64,000 nucleotides of DNA. Origin: Gemmatimonadota bacterium (lineage in GTDB: Bacteria; Gemmatimonadota; Gemmatimonadetes; Palauibacterales; Palauibacteraceae). Under the pieces are notes generated by a model. The model did not search any database. It saw nothing but the letters and a program-made list of their open reading frames with translations, and was not told the origin of the DNA. Below are positions 28,150 through 38,446 of the stretch, in pieces (the first letter of the stretch is position 1; the number at the start of each line of letters is the position of its first letter). A program made the position numbers and the translations under genes. The stretch is taken from the NCBI GenBank assembly GCA_039588275.1, contig JBDHAC010000006.1:1-64000 (forward strand). The letters run 5' to 3'.

Positions 28150-29011
28150 CGGCGAAGCTGGCCAGGAGCTGGCCGGAGGCTCCGGCTCGAAGATCCCGTA
28201 GCGCTCGATCCCGCAGCTGGCGCACCCGCTCCCGCGTTACCCCGAGAAGCTGGCCGATCTCCTCCAGCGTGTGTTCCTGCTCGCCCTGCAGGCCGTAGTA
28301 CAGCCGGACGACGCGCGCATCTCGCGGCCGCAGATCCCGAAGCGCCAGCGCGATGTGCTCCTTGAGCAGGATCGCCTCGACGGACTCCTCCAGGCTCGAC
28401 TCATCCACCAGGAAGCGCTCCGCCAGATGGTTGTCCTCCGACGCTCCGACGGGCGCGTCAAGCCGCACCTCGGCCACGTTCAGGGCTTGGAGCATGTCGA
28501 CGATGGTCGGCTCGAGCTCCGCCACTTCTGCGACCTCCTCGGCGGTGGGCTCCCGGCCCAGCTCCTGGCGTAGCTGCTCCCGGACTCGAACGATCCTCGC
28601 CAGCTCGGTGGCCCGATTCAGCGGCAAGCGAACCGAGCGGCTGTTCTTGGCCAGCGATGCGAGGATCGCCTGGCGGATCCACCACACGGCGTAGCTGATG
28701 AACTTCACACCCTGATCCGGATCGAACTTCCTGGCCGCCGTGACCAGACCCACGTTTCCCTCCTGGATGAGATCGAGGAAGGACATACCGCGATTCTGAT
28801 ACTTCTTAGCGACCGAGATGACGAAGCGCAGATTCGAGCGAATGAGGAGATCCAGAGAACCGCGGTCGCCCGCTTGCGCCCGGCGCGCGACGCGATCCTC
28901 CTGCTCTGCGTCGAGCAGGGGATAGCGACTCAGCTCCTCGAGGTAGATGTCGAGTGCGGTCGCGACCCCGTCGGGGGAGACGGTGGGGGACGGTCGTCCG
29001 TTTTGAGGCAT
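28145..29011 (-). CDS. RNA polymerase sigma-70 factor (RpoD/RpoS-like, lacks region 1.1)
   Basis: NLRFVISVAKKY, DLIQEGNVGL, SYAVWWIRQAI, TLEEIG...TRERVRQ. Confidence 0.96.
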   Translation of the reverse strand: MPQNGRPSPTVSPDGVATALDIYLEELSRYPLLDAEQEDRVARRAQAGDRGSLDLLIRSNLRFVISVAKKYQNRGMSFLDLIQEGNVGLVTAARKFDPDQGVKFISYAVWWIRQAILASLAKNSRSVRLPLNRATELARIVRVREQLRQELGREPTAEEVAEVAELEPTIVDMLQALNVAEVRLDAPVGASEDNHLAERFLVDESSLEESVEAILLKEHIALALRDLRPRDARVVRLYYGLQGEQEHTLEEIGQLLGVTRERVRQLRDRALRDLRAGASGQLLASFAA

Positions 29012-29123
29012 CGCCGACTATAGAACGAGGACCTGCGCCGCACGCGTTTGTGGACGGGCAATTTCACCCCGTCCGTCCGAGGTCGGCAAGCTATTGATAG
29101 GGCCCAAAGGCCGTCAAACGCGA

Positions 29124-30017
29124 TCAGAGCTTCCCACGCTGTCTCTCCTTCGCCGGCAGCACCTCCAGACAGGTCGTCCACCAGCCCGTCAGGATCGTCT
29201 CGACGAACTCCTCGGGCAGCTCCTCCTCCCGCATCTCGGACGCCAGTCGCTCATGATCGTAGGCGACCGGGATGAACTCGACCTCGAGCCCCGCGCCGGG
29301 CTCGGCTCGCTCCTCCGGCCCGGCTCGCTCCTCCTGCCCGGCCCGCTCCTCCTGACGGGCTCGCTTCCTCGGGCCGGCCGGCTCGCTTAGCGTCAGCATC
29401 GTGTACCAGACCTCGGTCCGACCGTCGTTGGCCGGGCGGCCGAGGGCTCCAACGTTCACGAAGCGTCCACCCCCGGTGAGCGCCCGCTCCCAGTGCAGCC
29501 CGGTGTGCGTGCCCAGGATCACATCGGTCTCGTGCTCGGCGGCCAGGTAGTCGAGGAACTGGGTCGAGGTCGTGGACTCCCACAGGAACTCGTTCATCCG
29601 GCGGGGGCTGCCGTGGCACAGGAGGAGGCGCCACCCGTTCACCTCCAGTCGTTCCCGGTCGGGCAAGGAAGCCATCCATTCCCGCCATCGCTCGTCCGTA
29701 TTCCGGTAGGTGTACCGGTACGAGAGGCGGGCGAAGTGATTGTCGCGAGGATCGGTGTAGCCACACTGGCAATCGTCCAGCCCTCGGGCGATCGAGTCGT
29801 CGTAGTTGCCCCGGATCACGCGCACGCCCGCATCGATCAGGAGCGGGAACACGCGGTCGGGGTGCGGGCCGAAGGCGCCCATGTCTCCGAGGCAGTAGAG
29901 GTCCTGCGCGCCCCGCGCCCGCGCGTCCGTCAGCGCGGCTTCGAGAGCCAGGTGGTTGCTGTACACACCGCCGAAGAAGGCGAGGCGGACCCCTGCGGCA
30001 GTGCGCTCAGGTGACAT
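29124..30017 (-). CDS. Calcineurin-like metallophosphoesterase
   Basis: CLGD, RGNYD, CHGSP, THTG, NVGALGRP; first metal motif altered (GGVYSN instead of SDxHxN). Confidence 0.88.
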   Translation of the reverse strand: MSPERTAAGVRLAFFGGVYSNHLALEAALTDARARGAQDLYCLGDMGAFGPHPDRVFPLLIDAGVRVIRGNYDDSIARGLDDCQCGYTDPRDNHFARLSYRYTYRNTDERWREWMASLPDRERLEVNGWRLLLCHGSPRRMNEFLWESTTSTQFLDYLAAEHETDVILGTHTGLHWERALTGGGRFVNVGALGRPANDGRTEVWYTMLTLSEPAGPRKRARQEERAGQEERAGPEERAEPGAGLEVEFIPVAYDHERLASEMREEELPEEFVETILTGWWTTCLEVLPAKERQRGKL

Positions 30018-30963
30018 CCTGTCCGATGACTCCGTAGTTGCTGCATATCGCACCGTACAGCCAGCAGGTGTAGCAGGCCTGGTGGCTCAACTCGAAGGGT
30101 CTCTCCGCATCCCCGATCGAGTCCCCCAGGCGTGACTCGGGCGCGTCGATGAGGATCGGGCAGACGTGAACGCCGCGGCTCGTGACGATGCGGCTGCTGG
30201 AGCACAGCAGTTGGCCCGTATCGAACCCGCACATCATCTCCTCGGTGATGCGCTCCTCCGCCGTATAGCCCCGGTCACGGGCGATCTCGCGACCGATGCG
30301 GAGCGACGGGAGGACCTTTAGCCGCGGATTCGAATAGCCGAGCGCCTGCAGGCGACGCACGAACGCCCGACGCACCTCCTCGTCCCGGTCGGGATCCCAC
30401 ACCTGCGTTGCCGTGATGATGGGCAAGAAGCCGTAATCCAGGAGCCGCCTGACGCCGTCCATGGCACGGTCGAAGGTCCCTTCGCCCCTAACGGGGTCGT
30501 TCAGCTCGGGCGATGGGCCATCGATGCTGACGCGAAGCTCCAGCGAATAGGGAGAGCGCTCGGAGGCCTCGGCGATGGGGCGAAGCGCGCGGTCGGGGAG
30601 GAGTGTGCCGTTGGTAAGCACGGTGGCGGGCCCGAGCTCGAGCATGGCCTCGAGCATGCGGGGAAGATCGACGTGCATGAACGGCTCGCCGCCCGTCACG
30701 TAGTACTCCTTGACACCCCAACGCTTCGACTCTTCCAGGCAGCCAAGCACATCGTCGAGGCTCAGGAACCAGAAGCTGTGGTTCTCGGGGGCGCAGCTGA
30801 TGAAGCAGTGCGTGCAGCGGAGGTTGCAGATCGTACCGGCGACCTGGAACCAGAGCGCATCCAGGTGATCCAGGCGGACCATGGGAGCCGTCGGCTCGTT
30901 CGTGTCGGGCGCGTCGATGGCCGGTCGGGATCGTCCTGCGATCGGAAGCGCGGAACCAGTCAT
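30007..30963 (-). CDS. Radical SAM protein
   Basis: CNLRCTHC, TGGEPF, LTNGT, VSIDG; Cys-rich C-terminus. Confidence 0.93.
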   Translation of the reverse strand: MTGSALPIAGRSRPAIDAPDTNEPTAPMVRLDHLDALWFQVAGTICNLRCTHCFISCAPENHSFWFLSLDDVLGCLEESKRWGVKEYYVTGGEPFMHVDLPRMLEAMLELGPATVLTNGTLLPDRALRPIAEASERSPYSLELRVSIDGPSPELNDPVRGEGTFDRAMDGVRRLLDYGFLPIITATQVWDPDRDEEVRRAFVRRLQALGYSNPRLKVLPSLRIGREIARDRGYTAEERITEEMMCGFDTGQLLCSSSRIVTSRGVHVCPILIDAPESRLGDSIGDAERPFELSHQACYTCWLYGAICSNYGVIGQDVT

Positions 30964-31143
30964 GCATGTAACTCCCGGCCTGGCCGTTCTGTCGACGAAG
31001 GAGATGGCAATGTAGCGGGTCGACCATGGGCCGGCGCCGCTCGCTCGGTGGTCATACGTTGTCACGATCGATGCTCACGGGTTGCAGCGCCGGGTGGAGG
31101 CCGGTCTTGTCCGCTCCGCCGACGGCCTAGAGAATGTGAGGAC

Positions 31144-31977
31144 ATGACTGCGGGTCCAGGAACCTCGGCTCGAACCAAGGCGAACATGCCCGACGAGAAA
31201 CAGGCGAGCGCGAATCCGGCCGATCACCGGTTCGCGTGGCGGTGCGCCACCGGGTCGGACGTCGGGTGCGTGCGGGCTTCCAACGAGGATGCGTTCTGGG
31301 CCGACGATACGGCCGGGCTGTTCGTCGTCGCCGACGGCATGGGGGGACACGCCGCCGGGGAGGTCGCGAGCGCTCTGGCCGTCGAGTACGCGGCACGCGG
31401 GGTCTCGTGTCTCGAGGGCGACCCGAGCGTCGAGCAGGCCCGCGAGTGCATCAGCATGGCGATCGTGGAGGCAAACCAGCGCATCCTGACCGAGGGGCGC
31501 ACACACCCGGAGCATACGGGGATGGGCACCACCGCGACCATCCTCTTCCTGTCCTCGAGCGGCTGGTACGTGATCGGGCATGTCGGGGACAGCCGGGCGT
31601 ATCTGGCCAGAGACGATCAGGTGTACCGGCTGACGGTGGATCACACGTACGTGCAGGAGCTCGTGAACCAGGGACGGCTCACGGATGAGCAGGCCCGCAT
31701 CCACCCCCGATCGAGCTTGCTCACGCGTGCTCTGGGTACGCAGGCCAGCGTAGCGGTCGACCTCTACGAGGGCGAGTTGCGCCCCGGAGACCGGTTTCTG
31801 GTGACCTCGGACGGGCTGACCACGATGCTCTCCGAAGCGCAGATCGGCGCGCTCTTGCTCCAGCGCCGCCCGCCCGATGACCTGGTGACGGCCCTAGTCG
31901 ATGCCGCCAACGATGCGGGGGGCACCGACAATACCACGGCGATCGTGGTGGACGTGGAGGAAGAGCCCGCGGCCTGA
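31144..31977 (+). CDS. PP2C-family Ser/Thr protein phosphatase
   Basis: RASNED, VADGMGGH, GMGTT, HVGDSRAY, SDGL, GGTDN. Confidence 0.95.
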   Translation: MTAGPGTSARTKANMPDEKQASANPADHRFAWRCATGSDVGCVRASNEDAFWADDTAGLFVVADGMGGHAAGEVASALAVEYAARGVSCLEGDPSVEQARECISMAIVEANQRILTEGRTHPEHTGMGTTATILFLSSSGWYVIGHVGDSRAYLARDDQVYRLTVDHTYVQELVNQGRLTDEQARIHPRSSLLTRALGTQASVAVDLYEGELRPGDRFLVTSDGLTTMLSEAQIGALLLQRRPPDDLVTALVDAANDAGGTDNTTAIVVDVEEEPAA

Positions 31978-32014
31978 GCCCCGGTGACCAAGATCGCTGC
32001 CCGGTGAGGCTCGC

Positions 32015-33361
32015 TCAGCCGTACAGCGGCCGGTCCTCCTCCAGCCGCGCATCGACCTCTTCCCCCGGCGCCTCGATCAGCTCCAACAGCGGCCGGGGAT
32101 CCTTCGGCTCGACACGCGCCAGCGTGAACACGCGGAATACCCGTGCCGCGTGGTGTAGCGAGCGACTCAAGCGCGGAAGATCGATGAGTCCCTTCTCTCC
32201 CCTCGAGGTAAGCCGCTGAACGCCACCGTCCCGCCTCACGAGGAGGAGCCGCAGCTGAAGCATCTCGGGATAGCCGGGATAGTCGAGAATCACGTAGTCT
32301 TCGGGTAGACCCCATTCATCTGCCAGACGAGCCTCCAGCCTCGCTACGAGCTTCGGGCGCTCCGCGACCCAGGACGAGACCCCGGCCGGCAGCGAGTCGC
32401 CGAAGAGCTCTACCGCTCGCTTCGGAAGACGGCGATGTGTGAGCGAATCGAGAAGCAGAGCGATTCGCTCGAGCAGGACCCCGGGCGCCTCCGGATCCAC
32501 CGAAAGCTCGACGCGGTGCGCCATCAAGCCGAGCAGTTCCTCGTCCGTCGGCCCGGCGAGCTCGTCCGCCGCCAGCAGACCCACTTCGAGCGCGGCTTCG
32601 ATCAGCCTGCGGAACGTGGTTGTGGCGGCGCGAACGGCGTGGTGCCAGTAGACGTTCCGGAACATCTGGTACTTGGAGAACAGGAGCGACTCGAGCGCCG
32701 AAAGACCCTTCTCCGTTACGCCCACCTCGAGCGGCGCGGTCTCCGACTCCCGCGCCAGGGTGAGCGAGTCGAGCAAGCGTTCGACGTCGACGGCTCCATA
32801 CGGGACGCCGCAGAAGAAGCTGTCCCGCCTCAGGTAGTCGATCTTGTCCAGATCGAGCGACCCCGCCACCAGTCCCTGCAGCGGGTGGTCCGAATCCCCC
32901 CGAATGAGCTCCGAGATGCGTGGAATCGCGTCCTCGCCGTGCACCGCCAGCGCCTCACGGATGGGCCCGGCGTCGAGGAAGCGGGCCGCGACCTCTTCAT
33001 GGTGCCCCGGGATGGAATCCGGTCCAAGCTCCTCCATCGCGTGCGAAAACGCGTAGTGACCCACGTCGTGGAGCAGCGCTGCGAGGCGCACGATCGGGAT
33101 CAGCGCGTGCTCCGCTTCGGTCAGCTTCGCCAGGTCGCCGGTCCGGCGCAGCGTCTCGATCGCGCGGGTCGTCAGGTGGTAGACGCCCAGAGCATGTAGG
33201 AAGCGCGAATGGACCGCGCCAGGATACGCGAGGTGGGCGAAGCCGAGCTGTTTGACCCGACGCAGTCGCTGGAACTCGGGCGTGTCCAGGATGGTGGCCG
33301 CATCCGGATCGACCGGGATGTTCTGCCAGACGGGGTCTCGAACCGTGCGCGTGCGTGTCAT
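32015..33361 (-). CDS. HD-domain phosphohydrolase (dNTPase/SAMHD1-like family)
   Basis: FQRLRRVKQLG, HSRFLHALG, LLHDVGH, DLDKIDYLRRD, VYWHH. Confidence 0.92.
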   Translation of the reverse strand: MTRTRTVRDPVWQNIPVDPDAATILDTPEFQRLRRVKQLGFAHLAYPGAVHSRFLHALGVYHLTTRAIETLRRTGDLAKLTEAEHALIPIVRLAALLHDVGHYAFSHAMEELGPDSIPGHHEEVAARFLDAGPIREALAVHGEDAIPRISELIRGDSDHPLQGLVAGSLDLDKIDYLRRDSFFCGVPYGAVDVERLLDSLTLARESETAPLEVGVTEKGLSALESLLFSKYQMFRNVYWHHAVRAATTTFRRLIEAALEVGLLAADELAGPTDEELLGLMAHRVELSVDPEAPGVLLERIALLLDSLTHRRLPKRAVELFGDSLPAGVSSWVAERPKLVARLEARLADEWGLPEDYVILDYPGYPEMLQLRLLLVRRDGGVQRLTSRGEKGLIDLPRLSRSLHHAARVFRVFTLARVEPKDPRPLLELIEAPGEEVDARLEEDRPLYG

Positions 33362-33560
33362 GGGCCCCGCCAAGATGAACGGCGGCTCATCAACCAGCAA
33401 TCAACGTCGCCGCCTCGCTTGACACGGCCGGTCGGCGCCGGAGAGAATGCAGGGCGACCGGACCGCCGTCTCGACCCGTACTCGCCGGCGGAGACCGGCG
33501 AGGTGAGGGGTGGGCGGGAGCTTGCGGCCGGTTCGCCGACACCTAGCCACGGAGGGCCGC

Positions 33561-33953
33561 GTGGAGATCAAGCCGGGTCGGATGGTACACCTCGGATACG
33601 CCAAGTACTGGCGCTCCGATCAGATCGTCGGGTTGATCCCGATCGAAGAAGACCGCGGCCCCGGACGACGGACCGAGGTATACGTCGCGACGGGTGGCGA
33701 TCCCATCACCGCCTCTCGAGCCGAGAGCTCGATCCTGCACGACATGGCCTCGATGCCGGACGAGGTGCGGGCCGCGGAAGTCGGCTCCATCGCGGAAGAC
33801 ATGGTGGAGGCTCTGCGCGAGCTTTCGCCGGTCCTCCGGCGGATGCTCAAGAACGAGGAGTCGTTCGACGTCGAGTACTGGCTTCGCCGGCTGCGGCAGG
33901 TGACGGAGCGACACGAGGACGGGGGATCGCAGGAAGACCTGTTCGAGGGCTGA
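33561..33953 (+). CDS. Hypothetical protein (weak resemblance to RemA/DUF370)
   Basis: GGAGG RBS + GTG; VHLGYAKY...IVGLIP...GRRT. Confidence 0.7.
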   Translation: MEIKPGRMVHLGYAKYWRSDQIVGLIPIEEDRGPGRRTEVYVATGGDPITASRAESSILHDMASMPDEVRAAEVGSIAEDMVEALRELSPVLRRMLKNEESFDVEYWLRRLRQVTERHEDGGSQEDLFEG

Positions 33954-34101
33954 GGGGTAGCTGATGGCCCCGGCGCCGGCCGCAGTTTCCGGCCTACGCA
34001 TCTCCTGCGGCCGCGCCAGCGCCTGACCCGACCCGGTTCCCACCCCTCCGACCCGGCCACACCACCGGAACGACGCTTCCCGCGAACGGTACTTTCGCTA
34101 C

Positions 34102-36240
34102 GTGAGTACAGCGAATACCGGAAGCACCAGTGTGACCTGCCTGCGGCTCGCGGCGCTGTGCCTTGCCGCAGCCACGCCGGCAGCGGCCCAGGCGGTCGAG
34201 GGCACCCAAACGGTCGAGGGCAGCCAAACGGTCGAGGGCGGCCAAACGGTCGAGGGCGCCCAGGCCGCGGATTCCGCGTGGAACGGCTCCGACGCGGTCC
34301 ATATCGCGCGGCGCGCGGTCGAGGCGCGGAAGCACGCATACGCCGACAGCTCGCTGCGCAGCTTCCGGGCGCGCGCCCAGGGACACATCTACTTCCTGGG
34401 CGAGTTCGAGGAGGATCGCGAGCTGGTGCGCGCCGACCAGGTCGCGCTTCAGATCTCGTGGGAAGCGCCGGACCGGGCGCTCCAGACGATCGTGGGGCGG
34501 CGACACGAGGTTCGGCTGCCTACTCGAATCCAGTACCACATCGACCACCTGAGCCTCGTGCTCGACAACTTCGGCGACCGGATCCGGCTCGGGGAGGGGG
34601 ACGAAGTCTGGAACGTCCTGCACCCGGCAGCCCGTGGTGCCCTGCGCTACTACGAATACAGGCTAGTCGACTCCTTCGAGATTCGCGTCAGGGATCGGGT
34701 GACGCACGTGGATCGAGTCGACGTGCGACCGAGGGACTCGGCGCTTCCGGGCGTAGTGGGGACCATGTACGTGGACAGCGAGTCCGGTGCGATCGCTCGC
34801 CTCCGCGTAACGTTCACGAGCGCCTCGTACCGCGACCCCGACCTCGAGTACATCACGCTGGATCTCCGCTCGGCGCTCTGGGACGGACGCTACTGGCTTC
34901 CCTACGAGCAGGACCTGGAGATCCGGAGACAGCTGTCCTGGCTCAGCTTCCCGGTAGGCAGCGTGATCCGCACCCGGATCCGGGTGCTCGACTACGAGAT
35001 CAACGGGGTGCCCCAATACCGGATCGCATCGGGCGAGCGAATCGCATCGCTTCCGGCGCCGACCCTGGCCGAATACGAGGAGTGGGAGACTCCGCTGTAC
35101 GCGGGTCCGCTCGGGGAGAACGAGCTGTCGGACCACGAGCTCGCCCAGACCCGCGCGAGGGCGAGAGAGCTCGTGAAGCCCCAGGCCCTGTTGGGGGGTG
35201 AGCGCCTGCAGCTTCACCTCCCGAACGCCTCTTCGGCCGTGCGCGCGCGCCGCGCGGAGGGGATCCTGCTCGGCGGCGGCGGTGCGTACCGTCTCGACGA
35301 GCGGAGCGAGTTGTCGTTCTGGGGTGGGTACGCCTTCGGGCGGGAGCGGCCTCAGCTCCGCCTCGGAGCCGATCGCTGGAGCGGCAGCTGGCGGGTGAGC
35401 GCCGAGGGGTTCTACAACGCGCTGCAGGATGTCGGCAGCTTCCAGGCGGCGTCGGGGCTGACGCAGACACTGTCTCTGGCACTCGAGGGCGAGGATTACA
35501 CGGACCCGTACTTCGAGCATGGAGGGCGCCTCGGCGTCTCGGGACCGGTTCTCGGGGGCCGGGTCGGAGTTGGGCTCGCCGCCGCGAGTCACCGCTCTGC
35601 GGATCTGATCATGCAGACCGTGCTGATCGGACAGGCCGAGCTGCGTCCCGTGCGCCCCATCGACGACGGCACGCTAGTCGCGCTGGAGGCGTCCTTCGAG
35701 CGCGAGCTGGGCAGGATTCTCCACACCGCGTGGCGCATGGAGCTGGACGGGGAAGCGAGCGCGGGTGTGATCGGCGACTTCGGGTTCACGCGGGCGCTCC
35801 TCACGCTCTTGGGCGAGCGGGCCGAGGCCGGCGGCGATTGGGACTGGACGGCGCGTCTCGGGCTCGGGGCGGCGGGAGGCGAGCTCCCGGCGCAACGACT
35901 CTTCTTGCTGGGTGGGCGCGGGACGTTGCCCGGTTACGCGTTCCGGTCCTGGGGAGGAGACCGCGTGGCGTGGCTGGAGGCGGACGTGTCGAGGGCGCTC
36001 GTCGACCCCTGGGTTGGGATACACGCGCTCGGGTCGATGGGTTGGACGGACCTGACCTCGGTCGGTCAGTCCGCCGCCGATCGATTCGGAGTCGCGCAGA
36101 CGGTCGGAACGAAGGCGTCAGCAGGTGTGGGGCTCGGGCTGTTCTATGACATCCTGCGGATCGACCTGGCGCGCGGTCTGGACGGCGGCGAGTGGGCGCT
36201 CTTCGTCTCCCTCAATCGGGCGCTCTGGTCAGTGCTCTGA
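34102..36240 (+). CDS. Probable outer-membrane protein with C-terminal Omp85/TamA-like beta-barrel
   Basis: Signal peptide; LGGRGTLPGY and terminal amphipathic strands; N-terminal 18-bp QTVEG repeat. Confidence 0.8.
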   Translation: MSTANTGSTSVTCLRLAALCLAAATPAAAQAVEGTQTVEGSQTVEGGQTVEGAQAADSAWNGSDAVHIARRAVEARKHAYADSSLRSFRARAQGHIYFLGEFEEDRELVRADQVALQISWEAPDRALQTIVGRRHEVRLPTRIQYHIDHLSLVLDNFGDRIRLGEGDEVWNVLHPAARGALRYYEYRLVDSFEIRVRDRVTHVDRVDVRPRDSALPGVVGTMYVDSESGAIARLRVTFTSASYRDPDLEYITLDLRSALWDGRYWLPYEQDLEIRRQLSWLSFPVGSVIRTRIRVLDYEINGVPQYRIASGERIASLPAPTLAEYEEWETPLYAGPLGENELSDHELAQTRARARELVKPQALLGGERLQLHLPNASSAVRARRAEGILLGGGGAYRLDERSELSFWGGYAFGRERPQLRLGADRWSGSWRVSAEGFYNALQDVGSFQAASGLTQTLSLALEGEDYTDPYFEHGGRLGVSGPVLGGRVGVGLAAASHRSADLIMQTVLIGQAELRPVRPIDDGTLVALEASFERELGRILHTAWRMELDGEASAGVIGDFGFTRALLTLLGERAEAGGDWDWTARLGLGAAGGELPAQRLFLLGGRGTLPGYAFRSWGGDRVAWLEADVSRALVDPWVGIHALGSMGWTDLTSVGQSAADRFGVAQTVGTKASAGVGLGLFYDILRIDLARGLDGGEWALFVSLNRALWSVL

Positions 36241-36294
36241 CACACGGTCCCGCCGACACTCATCGGAACGACACCGCCAGGAGACACGAGACCG

Positions 36295-37050
36295 ATGCAT
36301 GACCGCGAGATCCGCCTGGAACGGATGACCTCGCCCGAGGTCGCTCGGGCCCTGGAACAAGGTTTCAAGACCGCCGTCGTCGCTTGTGGGGCGGTCGAGC
36401 AGCACGGGCCGCATCTGGCCATGTCGATGGATGCCGAGCACGGAGACCGGCTCGCTTTGGAGGTTGCCCGCCGGCTTGGCGACGCCCTGGTCGCGCCGAC
36501 GATCCGCGTCGGCTGCTCAGAGCACCACATTGCCTTCAAGGGCACGGTCTCCCTCGAGCGCGAGACCTTCCTCGCCGTGTGCCGAGACTATTGCTCAAGT
36601 CTCGCCAGGCACGGTTTCGAGAGGCTGTACTTCGTCCCGACTCACGGAGGCAACTTTGCGCCGTTGAAGGAGGGGCGGGACGCCCTCGACGAAGCGGCAG
36701 GGGCCGCGTGTTCTGTTGAAGTGTACGCGGACTTGATGGAAGTCATAGAGGTGTGGCGCGGGATCGCGGAGCGCGAGACCGGTCTTGGAGAGCGCGTGGG
36801 CGGGCACGCCGACCTCGCGGAAACCTCCGTCATGCTGACGCTTCGCCCCGACTTCGTTCGGGAGGAGAAGGCGGAGCAGGGTTTCATGGCCTCGCCCGAG
36901 GACCGCGAGGAGGTCGTGAGCCGGATCCTCCGTGACGGCTTCGCCGCGGTGACTCCGAACGGCATCCTCGGAGACGCGAGAGGTGCGACCGCGGAGTTGG
37001 GCGCAGCTCTGATCGCCGGGTTGGCGGACGCGGTGGTGTCGTCGTTCTAG
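36295..37050 (+). CDS. Creatininase-family amidohydrolase
   Basis: GAVEQHGPHL, SEHH, HGGN, GHADLAETS. Confidence 0.93.
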   Translation: MHDREIRLERMTSPEVARALEQGFKTAVVACGAVEQHGPHLAMSMDAEHGDRLALEVARRLGDALVAPTIRVGCSEHHIAFKGTVSLERETFLAVCRDYCSSLARHGFERLYFVPTHGGNFAPLKEGRDALDEAAGAACSVEVYADLMEVIEVWRGIAERETGLGERVGGHADLAETSVMLTLRPDFVREEKAEQGFMASPEDREEVVSRILRDGFAAVTPNGILGDARGATAELGAALIAGLADAVVSSF

Positions 37051-37219
37051 AACCGGCAGGAGCCGGCAGCGCGAGCAGGGGCACGGTGAGCAGCGATGCG
37101 AGCAGGCGTCGATTCATGCTGGGGAACGCTCCGTGTGGTCCTAGAGGAAGGGTCCCGGCTCCCGACTCCGCAATAGGACGGATCCCGGGCAGGCAGGGTT
37201 GTAAGCCGTCGCGAGAAGA

Positions 37220-37268
37220 CTGGCCGGGCCCCGGTCGGCTCGCTCGGAGCGCGCCGGGGCCCGGCCAG
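37220..37268. terminator. GC-rich 15-bp hairpin, possible terminator
   Basis: CTGGCCGGGCCCCGG / CCGGGGCCCGGCCAG just downstream of the 37284 stop; weak U-tract. Confidence 0.5.
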
Positions 37269-37283
37269 GTGGAACTGTCCTGG

Positions 37284-38423
37284 CTATCCGGCGTCCCGTG
37301 CATGCCAGGCGGCGAGAACGTCGACTTCGCGCTCGGCGGGCAGGCCGAAGCGCGAACGCCCCTGACGCTCTTCGTCCAGCGTCTTCCACCACGCGACGGT
37401 GTCGATCGCCGTTTCGGCCAGGGGCCGGAAGGTGAGGCCTTTCTCCAGCGCCCGGGCGATGCTCACCTGCAGCAGACCGCCGCCCTCGCCCTCGGGCGGC
37501 ACCCAGGCCGGCATGTGCAGCCATGGCTGCACCTCGTGCTCCTGCAGGAACTCGGCGTCGACCCAGGTAAAGGTGGCGTCGGCCTCCAGCGCATCGCGGA
37601 TCTCGGTCAGCATCGGCCCCATGCCCATGCGGGTCGCCGGTCCGGTCGCGTTGTAGGTGCCCGTGTGTGACTGCTCGACCAGGTGAATCATGAACTCGCT
37701 GAGATCGCGCGCGTCGATGACCTGCACCGGGTCGTCCGGCGTGCCCGGCGCCATCACTTCGCCACCCCTGTCCACGCGCACCGGCCAATACGTCCAGCGA
37801 TCGGTGGGGTCGCCGGGGCCGACGATCAGCCCGGGTCGCACGACGGCGGCACGGCCGGGGAAGGCCTTCATGGCTTCCTGTTCGCTCAACGCCTTGAGCG
37901 GTCCGTACGTCTCGCCCGTGATCTCCTCGACCGTCTCGTCTTCGATAGTGCCGACCGCGTCATCTTCGGTGATGCCGACCTTCGAGGGATCGCCGTACGC
38001 GGAGATCGAGGAGACGAACAGGTAGTGCCCGGCCCGCTCCGACAGGAGCCCCGCCGATTGCCGCACCCAGCGCGGGATCGAGGCGGAGTTGTCGAGCACC
38101 GCATCCCACTCGCCGGTCTCCAGCGCGGTGAGGTCGTCGTTCCGGTCACCCTTCAGCCACTCGACGCGCTCGAACAGGTCGTGGAAGAACGGGGGCTCGG
38201 TCTGGCCGCGGTTGAAGATGGTCACTTCGTGGCCCCGTTCCAGCGCGTACTTGACCTGATGAGGTCCGATGAAGCTCGTGCCTCCGAGGATCAATATGCG
38301 CATGGCGCCAGGTGGTCCCTCCTGCGCGTCGCCGCTCGCGCCCGCCAGAGTCGGGCGGATCAGTCCGAATCCGAGCGCACTCGCGCCCGCGAGCCGGAGG
38401 AATTCCCTACGGTCGGTCGTCAT
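37284..38423 (-). CDS. Tat-exported NAD-dependent epimerase/dehydratase
   Basis: DRREFL twin-arginine signal; ILGGTSFIG, YGPLK, RPGLIVGP. Confidence 0.92.
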   Translation of the reverse strand: MTTDRREFLRLAGASALGFGLIRPTLAGASGDAQEGPPGAMRILILGGTSFIGPHQVKYALERGHEVTIFNRGQTEPPFFHDLFERVEWLKGDRNDDLTALETGEWDAVLDNSASIPRWVRQSAGLLSERAGHYLFVSSISAYGDPSKVGITEDDAVGTIEDETVEEITGETYGPLKALSEQEAMKAFPGRAAVVRPGLIVGPGDPTDRWTYWPVRVDRGGEVMAPGTPDDPVQVIDARDLSEFMIHLVEQSHTGTYNATGPATRMGMGPMLTEIRDALEADATFTWVDAEFLQEHEVQPWLHMPAWVPPEGEGGGLLQVSIARALEKGLTFRPLAETAIDTVAWWKTLDEERQGRSRFGLPAEREVDVLAAWHARDAG

Positions 38424-38446
38424 GTGGTCTCCTCTTCGGCGGGTCG

